The notes beneath the pieces are model-generated. The model made no database searches and was not told the DNA's origin. It worked only from the letters and a program-made list of their open reading frames with translations. Both the position numbers and the translations under genes were made by a program. Shown here piece after piece: positions 38,842 to 46,748 of a stretch of 46,748 bases of DNA (its first letter is position 1; each line of letters opens with the position of its first letter). The stretch spans positions 482,007 through 528,754 of the forward strand of contig NC_069001.1 of the NCBI RefSeq assembly GCF_001194135.2, read 5' to 3'. This DNA comes from Octopus bimaculoides (lineage: Eukaryota).

Positions 38842-39149
38842 CTAAACAAATGAACAAAATGAAAGTAAATGTTTCATCATGGAATATTTCATAAACGCAT
38901 TTATTTTGCACTAATAAAAACAAACAAGTAAATAAAAATACATCATCATCATCATTGTAATTGTAACTATGACATGTAATATTAGTGAGCAGTGATGTGT
39001 TGAAGTCTGGTGGCAGCAAGTCTACTCAGCCTGCATGTTTGTGTGTAGCATCTTATCCTTTGATTCCTCGCATTTAAATTAGAAACCACTACTATACAGA
39101 TAGACAGACAGATAGACAGACAGATAGACAGACAGACAGATAGATAGAC

Positions 39150-39184
<35 letters not shown>

Positions 39185-39227
39185 GATGCAGCAAATTGCA
39201 GGGATGTTAAACTCGGCCGTTGCTTAC

Positions 39228-39398
39228 CTGGTCTGAACAAAATAATGGCTTTGAGACACGCGTATTCTGTAGCATCAACGTGCAGCTCGTTGCACCTAGC
39301 TATGATATCCTGCATAAATTGCAGTTGTGACATCATAAACGCAATTTTCTCCGTGTGGTGTGAATCCATGCTCCAGCTGTTGGCAGACAGCAAAGAAT
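39228..39398 (-). CDS. NR2E-family nuclear receptor, LBD middle exon
   Basis: Acceptor ttcttttacag (39399-400), donor CCAG|gtaagc (39226-27); 171 nt, phase 1-1. Encodes (N)SLLSANSWSMDSHHTEKIAFMMSQLQFMQDIIARCNELHVDATEYACLKAIILFRP, containing the NR motif L.vD..EYACLKAI.LF. In frame with both neighbouring exons. Confidence 0.95.
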
Positions 39399-39649
39399 CT
39401 GTAAAAGAAAGTTAAAATTTTAGGGTTCTGCTCCGCTTGCGGATAGTTAAGTCACATTGTCACCATCACCCCCATAATCATTTAAAATACGTTTTTTATG
39501 CTGGCATGAGTTGGACGGTTCTGCGGAAGCCGACGAGTCAGTGGACTGCGATGAGCTACAGTGTCTGCTTTGATGTGGTTCCTATGGCTGAATGCTCTTC
39601 TCAAAGGCTGCAGAAAAATATATACTTCAAATATATTCGGTATGGATAA

Positions 39650-39830
39650 GCGCAGGCATGGCTGTACGATGAAAATGTTCGCTTCCCTACCACATAGTCT
39701 CGGGTTCAGGCTCAGTGCGTGACACGTCGGGGCGAGTGTTTGCTATTATTTTCCTGGGCCAATCAAAGACTTTTGAGTGAATTTAACCGACAGAATTTGA
39801 AAGGAGCCCGTTGTATACACGCTCGCGCGC
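39650..39830 (+). mobile_element. SINE family B 5' half inside an NR2E intron
   Basis: gcgcaggcatggctgt...accacatagtctcgggttcagg...ttgagtgaattt...gaaaggagcccgttgtata. Confidence 0.7.
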
Positions 39831-40157
39831 GTACATACATATATATGAGACACGCATATATACATGTATGTATATCTATCTATCTATCTATTCAACCATC
39901 CATCTCTTATTCTGTTTATCTATTTCTCTCTCTCTCTCCCCCTCTCTCTCTCTATATATATATACACACATACACACCTATGTATATGCATGTAATTATA
40001 CATATATATATACATATGCACACACACACACACAAACACACACATACAAACACAACACATATCCATACACAGCATGGTATTTTCTACCGATTTTGCCGAC
40101 CAAGTCAGCCAATAAAGAAGACTACCTCCCACCCTTATATCACTTTGTGGTACTTAC

Positions 40158-40616
40158 TGCTATCAATTGGCAGCGACCACTGAGCAACACTCAAGATGAA
40201 CAGTTCGCACCAAGATTCCTCCAGCAGAATCGCCTGATCACGAAATGGTTGCTGCAAAAACGAAGGGATATTTCTGGCCCATTTCACAGACATGAAAAGA
40301 AGACGCGCCGCCGTTTCGTAGATGTTCTCCTGGGAAACACCCAGTGGGCTGATATACAAATGAGGGTCTGCCAACGCTGTGAGCATACTGAACGGTGGGA
40401 CCAGATAAGGGGACGGTGGACTCAAGTTTAGGGTAGACGATGATAATGATGACGATGACGATGATGATGACGACGACGACGATGCTGACGAAGATGACTG
40501 GATCTTTTGAGGGTGGTATGTTGGGAATTGTGAATTTAGTATTCCAGAAGACTTTGGTGTTGTTGTTGCTGCTGCTGTTGGTGCTGTATTTGCAGGTTTT
40601 TCGCTCGAGGACGAAT
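40158..40616 (-). CDS. NR2E-family nuclear receptor, Ser-rich hinge plus LBD helices 3-5
   Basis: Acceptor tgtattttcaag (40617-18), donor AGCA|gtaagt (40156-57); 459 nt, phase 1-1. Encodes ...[57 protein letters not shown], matching the NR2E pattern ETxARLLFMxVKWA...PFRDQxILLEExWxELF. Confidence 0.95.
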
Positions 40617-40749
40617 CTTGAAAATACAAATAGAATAGAAAAAACGAAATGAGTGTGTGAGAGAAAGAGACAAACAGACAGACAGAATGTAAAACTGTTT
40701 TGTGAGGCCTGTTTTAACGGCGGAACTTCGAAGTAAACAGTCACTTTTT

Positions 40750-40962
40750 ATATTGGTTTCAAGCTTTGGCGCAAGACCAGCAATTTCAGGGGAGGGGCTG
40801 AGTTAGTTACAGCGATCCCAGTTTTCAACTTGTCCTTATTTTATCGACCCCGAAGGGGGAAAAGGCGAAGTCGAAGCCGGGGACATTTGAACTCAGAACG
40901 TAAAGCCTGAAGGAATGCCGCTTAACATTTTCCCGGCGCGCTAACGATTCTGCCAGCTTACA
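40750..40962 (-). mobile_element. SINE-like family A, near full length, inside an NR2E intron
   Basis: ttttatcgaccccgaagg...aaggcgaagtcga...atttgaactcagaacgtaaag...gctaacgattctgccagct. Confidence 0.85.
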
Positions 40963-41251
40963 GTCACTATTAATATACATAAACACACACGCACGCACAC
41001 ATGTATACACACACACACACTATATGTATGTGTGCGTGTGTATGTAATATTAGTAATTGCTGTGTTATACATGTATCTATAGATATTAATTTTTTTTATT
41101 CCTATAGATACATACTCACACACACAAACACACGTATACATACACGCATGCGCACACATGCGTGTAGAGTGGAGGAAAGGTGCTAATAACGCGGGATGGG
41201 AGAGGGAAAGGAAAGAAATGGGGGGGGATCCCGACAAACAAATCCCCTCAC

Positions 41252-41784
41252 CTGCCGGTTCTTTAATGTCTCGCTTCTCTTTCTTCGTGGGGGGAGACTC
41301 CGGTGAGGTTTTCGATACATCATGAGGAGAAGCCCTGCTGTCTTTGGTGACACTCTCTGCCGTGGTCATTGGGACAGCCATATCTTGGGCTGAGCCGAAA
41401 TTACCCACTGCTGCAACAGCTGTTTCGTTGCCTTCGCCCCTCATGCCGTCGTAGTTAGCGTGTACTCTAGAATGGTTGCTTCGAACTCCCTGACAATAGG
41501 GTTGGAAATGAAGCGGAGCAGGCGGGTGATGTTGCTGTTGTTGTTGTTGTTGATGATGATGATGGTGCTGATACTGTTGATGTTGATGCTGCTGTTGATG
41601 ATGATGATGATGATGATGCTGGAAAAGTGTTGCTGCCGCCGCTGCCGCTGCAGTCGCTGTTCGGTTCTGTTCTGCACCCAGGTGCACAGTAACCGGTTGG
41701 AATACACGACTCCCTCCTTTGTACCCCACGTCCGATGGCACAGAAATTTGGGGAGGGTACTGTGAAAACGCTCCATATTCAAAC
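41252..41784 (-). CDS. NR2E-family nuclear receptor, low-complexity hinge exon (poly-Ala, poly-His/Gln)
   Basis: Donor GCAG|gtgagg (41250-51) gives G+AT = Asp in frame with the next exon. Open frame FEYGAFSQYPPQ...AAAAAAATLFQHHHHHHHQQQ...KKEKRDIKEPA. The 5' boundary is uncertain: acceptor aatatag at 41785-86 (phase 2) or tttcacag at 41760-61 (phase 0). Confidence 0.8.
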
Positions 41785-41935
41785 CTATATTCGTTAAAAG
41801 GAATATAAAAATTACATTTCAAAAACAGGAAATGGGGAAAAAATAACAAAAAAAAAACAGGGTGGATAATATGATTAATATGATAACGACGTACGCATAA
41901 AAATCAATGTCGTCCTTCACATGCGAGTATGACCT

Positions 41936-42003
<68 letters not shown>

Positions 42004-42474
42004 NNNNNNNNNNNNNNNNNNNNNNNNNNNNNNNNNNNNNNNNNNNNNNNNNNNNNNNNNNNNNNNNNNNNNNNNNNNNNNNNNNNNNNNNNNNNNNNNN
42101 NNNNNNNNNNNNNNNNNNNNNNNNNNNNNNNNNNNNNNNNNNNNNNNNNNNNNNNNNNNNNNNNNNNNNNNNNNNNNNNNNNNNNNNNNNNNNNNNNNNN
42201 NNNNNNNNNNNNNNNNNNNNNNNNNNNNNNNNNNNNNNNNNNNNNNNNNNNNNNNNNNNNNNNNNNNNNNNNNNNNNNNNNNNNNNNNNNNNNNNNNNNN
42301 NNNNNNNNNNNNNNNNNNNNNNNNNNNNNNNNNNNNNNNNNNNNNNNNNNNNNNNNNNNNNNNNNNNNNNNNNNNNNNNNNNNNNNNNNNNNNNNNNNNN
42401 NNNNNNNNNNNNNNNNNNNNNNNNNNNNNNNNNNNNNNNNNNNNNNNNNNNNNNNNNNNNNNNNNNNNNNNNNN
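42004..42474. other. Assembly gap (N run)
   Basis: 471 N. Other gaps: 2481-2577, 7770-7819, 18907-18921, 22431-22440, 32699-33146, 43742-44329 and 46015-46024. Most are flanked by (AT)n or (CT)n. Confidence 1.
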
Positions 42475-42613
42475 ATATATATATATATATAATAATACAT
42501 AAATATGTAAAAATTCAGAAACTTTCGAGAAAAGGTGAAATTATTCTTTTTCTTTGGAACAGTGGAATTCGAAGCAGATAAAACTATAAATAATGTCATA
42601 TAGATATTGGATA

Positions 42614-42830
42614 GGAAATTGGCAGAACTGCTAGCAGCTCGGCAAAATGCCTCGCGGCATTGTATCCGTCTTTACATTCTCGGTTCAAATGTCGCTGAGA
42701 TCCATTTTTGCTTTTCATCGTTTCGGGTAGGAGAAATAAGTACCAGTTGTGCACTAGGGTCGATCTAATCGGTTTTCCCCTCCACCCGATATTGCTGGCG
42801 TTGTGCCAAAATTTGAAACCTATATTGGAT
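42614..42830 (+). mobile_element. SINE-like family A, near full length
   Basis: ttggcagaactgctagc...gttcaaatgtcgctgag...ttttcatcgtttcggg...ataagtaccagttg.gcact.gggtcgatctaatc...gccaaaatttgaaac. Confidence 0.8.
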
Positions 42831-42900
42831 AGGAAACTTCCAAGGTTTCTAGCATTTTTTTTCATTCCCCAAAAAGAATAAATATATAAGTATATATCAT

Positions 42901-43000
42901 GCGTGGCTGTGTGGTAAGAAGCTCGCTTTCCAACCAACCACATGGTTTGGGGTTCAGTCCCACGGTGTACCACCTTGGGAAAATGTCTTGATAACGAATA
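42901..43000 (+). mobile_element. SINE family B head (tRNA-like A and B boxes)
   Basis: A box tggctgtgtgg (42904-14), B box gggttcagtccc (42950-61), then caccttggg. Other family B fragments lie at 17474-17574, 20510-20590, 30660-30725 and 43240-43285. Confidence 0.75.
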
Positions 43001-43180
43001 TTAACCTCTGGTAAACTGGTTTTAATAAAGATATTATCTAAACAAGTTAACATTTTTTAGAAAAATACGTTTAAGATAAAATAGACAAGAAAACAAAACA
43101 TGAGAGATTGTTTATAAGATATTTACTTATACCATATTACGAAAGTTCCATTATATACGGAGAGTCTCAATTACACAATC

Positions 43181-43229
43181 AATTACATAATTATGTCTTA
43201 ATTACATAATTATGTCTTAATTACATAAT
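43181..43229. repeat. Tandem repeat, about 2.6 x 19 bp (aattacataattatgtctt)
   Basis: Copies at 43181, 43200 and 43219; each full unit contains the palindrome acataattatgt. Confidence 0.9.
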
Positions 43230-44329
43230 CAAGTCGCCAGAATTCATGTGTTTGGGAAGCGAGCTTCTTAACTTACGCAGCCACGTTTTGTCGCGCCTCC
43301 CAAAAAGCTATCTCGCTCCTTTTAGGGATGAACTTAGCCCAGGTTGGGATCCCTGCTCCAACAGATCTGTCAAAGTACCATCTTGGATTTATATATTGCT
43401 TTTATTGACGCAGAAAAGATAAAAGCAAATCTGACTTCAACGGGATTTGAACTCGGAGCACAGGAAATCGCAACAAACACTGCGCGTCATTCTATCCGCT
43501 CTCTAACGACTCAGTCATCTGTCTGTCTGTCTGTCAATTCATCCCGCTATCTATCTATCTATCTATCTATTGAATAATTCTCTCTGTCTAAATCCATCAT
43601 TTTCTTTCTTTCCTTTTTCTTCTTCTTCTTCTTCTTCTTCTTCTTCTTCTTCTTCTTCTTCTTCTTCTTCTTCTTCTTCTTCCATGCTAACAGTCTTAAA
43701 TAATTCATTCTTCCAGTCAGTCGATGGTCAGAAAATATCTTNNNNNNNNNNNNNNNNNNNNNNNNNNNNNNNNNNNNNNNNNNNNNNNNNNNNNNNNNNN
43801 NNNNNNNNNNNNNNNNNNNNNNNNNNNNNNNNNNNNNNNNNNNNNNNNNNNNNNNNNNNNNNNNNNNNNNNNNNNNNNNNNNNNNNNNNNNNNNNNNNNN
43901 NNNNNNNNNNNNNNNNNNNNNNNNNNNNNNNNNNNNNNNNNNNNNNNNNNNNNNNNNNNNNNNNNNNNNNNNNNNNNNNNNNNNNNNNNNNNNNNNNNNN
44001 NNNNNNNNNNNNNNNNNNNNNNNNNNNNNNNNNNNNNNNNNNNNNNNNNNNNNNNNNNNNNNNNNNNNNNNNNNNNNNNNNNNNNNNNNNNNNNNNNNNN
44101 NNNNNNNNNNNNNNNNNNNNNNNNNNNNNNNNNNNNNNNNNNNNNNNNNNNNNNNNNNNNNNNNNNNNNNNNNNNNNNNNNNNNNNNNNNNNNNNNNNNN
44201 NNNNNNNNNNNNNNNNNNNNNNNNNNNNNNNNNNNNNNNNNNNNNNNNNNNNNNNNNNNNNNNNNNNNNNNNNNNNNNNNNNNNNNNNNNNNNNNNNNNN
44301 NNNNNNNNNNNNNNNNNNNNNNNNNNNNN

Positions 44330-44382
<53 letters not shown>

Positions 44383-44922
44383 ATATATATATATATGTAT
44401 GTATATGCATATTATATATCGTATTATACATTATATATTATGTGTATGTGATAGAGACAGCGAAAAGTAGAGAGGCATTATGGATAGTGAAGTCTTTTTA
44501 TTTATTTTTTCTTTTTTGGTTTTGATTTTTATTCCTTTATTAATTTATTTTTAACGAAGAAAGTGCAGCGAAAGAGTAAATAACGGTGGAAGACGAGAAC
44601 GACGCCAGAAAAGAATACACACACACACACACACACACACAGCACAAATACACATCCATCCGTACATACATATTCATACACACACACACATCTACACACT
44701 TTTGTACACAACAGTATATTATGCGTGAAGGGTGGGTAGGTGTATACGTTTGCTTATTGCTCTCTCTCTCTCTCTCTCTCTCCCTCTCTCTCTCTCTCTC
44801 CTTGTGTGTGTGTGTAAAACTAGTTTTGTTTCTTATTGCTTGTACATTTTCTTAGCATACACATACATGCGTATATGATATATTTATACATGTATACACA
44901 CACATATTATTTACACACACAC

Positions 44923-45010
<88 letters not shown>

Positions 45011-45731
45011 GTTTCTAAATATTCACTGTTTCCTCACATACATACGCACGGTAATGCACGGATGTTAGAGAAAGCAAGGAAAAGTGAACGAAAGACATAA
45101 GAGACTCGACTGGAATGGAATGGAAGGCGGCGGGGGAGGATGCGAACGACGAGGTGTTCGTCATTTGCTGTTTTCACGCAAGCAATTAGCTTCTCGTCCA
45201 ACACTGCCACCACCACCACCACCACCATCATCATCATCATCGTCACCATCGCCACTATCACCATCACCACCACCACCACCACCACCAATAACTACAGCGC
45301 CATCATCCCTGCTACTACCACCACCACCACCACCTTAGTTCGACCACTTAACCAGATATCTACACGACTTAGGAACTAGCAAATAACATTAACTTGTTAT
45401 TCTCTTTTAATCTCTCTTTAGGCTCCAACCCTACACCATTAGTGTAAATAGTGTGGGTGGGGACGTCTCCGGACTCGCCCATTGTTTTATGGCAGTGTCT
45501 CTATCGTGGCCAGTTATGTTATTTAACTTCTTTATTGCGTATAAGAAGTGGGAATGCTGATGGCTAACGCACTCTCTCTCCCGCCCTCTTTCGCTACCCC
45601 CTTTCTCTCTCTTTCAATTTTTATCTATTTATCTATCTATCTATCTATCTATCTATCTCATATATATACATACATACATACATACATACATACATACGAG
45701 TATGCGTGTGTGTATGTATGTATGTGTATTC

Positions 45732-45779
<48 letters not shown>

Positions 45780-46294
45780 GTATGTACATGTGTATCTATC
45801 ATCCCAGCTTCATTTCTAACTTTCTATTGATCTATCTGTCTTTCTAACTATCCATACACACACACAAATATGCAAATATGTGTGTGTTTGAGTGTGTGTG
45901 TGCGTGTGTGTGTGTGTGTGTCTGTCTGTCTGTCAGTCTATCTATCTAGTCCCGAAAGTCGCTAACGTCGCTCTATGGAATTTCTCCAAATTATTATATA
46001 AATGTCTCGCAGAANNNNNNNNNNAGCAGACGTTCAATAACCAACAAAAATACACGCATGTCATCCTTTAAGTGGCCGTTGTGGATGTGTTGCCTTGCCC
46101 CTCAACCCCCCCCCCCACGCACATATGCGCGCGCGCAACATAATGTAAGGGCAATAATTTACTTCTATGCGACGGAATTATTTCCCTTAGATCAGTTGGA
46201 TGACTATTAACGTAGCACTCGCGCGCAAACACACACACATGTATATATATGTGTATACATACATATATACATACTTATATATATGCATATATAT

Positions 46295-46327
<33 letters not shown>

Positions 46328-46748
46328 AAGTATTGCTTATGGCACTCTAATGTGGCCATCCTCTAAGACGAAGGGCCCGGGAACAGGGGGTGCAGCGGGT
46401 GCACCCGCACCCCCTAGAATTTTCAGGGGGTGCAAGATAAAAATTTGCACCCCCTACATAATCTCACCAGTTGCAGAAAAAAAGTGTCTAAAATCTATCG
46501 GTATAAAATGCTGAAGTTCGATCTCGTTTCAAAACAAAGAAAAAATATATATATATAAATAAATAAAAGTGATGAAGCTAGCATAAAATTCCCTAGGGAG
46601 TTCTGAAGGCAAGTAGCGTCAAAATACAAAAAAGTAAGTGACAATAACAACTGTAGCAGCAACAATAACAACAACAAAACCAGCATGTATGGTTAATTTT
46701 GAATATATAGCATTACTTGAATTATTGAAGACAGCTCCCACCCAGTTT

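Noticed and set aside
38842-39019. N-terminal parts of the track ORFs 38600..39019, 39079..39393 and 40941..41849 as stand-alone proteins
   Set aside because: The extensions beyond the splice sites are intronic; only the spliced exon portions match NR2E.

Overview
Eukaryotic, AT-rich, microsatellite-saturated genomic DNA from a gapped draft assembly. The SINE, LINE and microsatellite repertoire resembles octopus (coleoid cephalopod); this is inference, not a database match. The one securely identifiable gene is the 3' part of an NR2E-family (PNR/TLX-like) orphan nuclear receptor on the minus strand. It has four spliced coding exons at 41784-38600 encoding a low-complexity hinge and a complete ligand-binding domain, and no DNA-binding-domain exon is visible in the window. 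The rest is mostly decayed mobile DNA: a DD37D/maT transposase relic, RTE and R4/Dong-type LINE fragments, a Helitron 3' end, MITEs and several SINE families. Notable points: (1) a sharp CpG-poor to CpG-rich switch near 19.25 kb, suggesting a methylated gene body on the left, where weak minus-strand exon candidates lie; (2) two short locally templated copies, a perfect 66-bp inverted copy and a 38-bp insert between 8-bp direct repeats; (3) a Gln at a normally invariant Leu of the receptor signature motif; (4) an old tandem duplication with ETS/CRE-like motifs 3' of the receptor. No CRISPR array, rRNA, true tRNA gene or prokaryote-type system is supported. Nearly all ORFs in the supplied track are microsatellite or gap artefacts.
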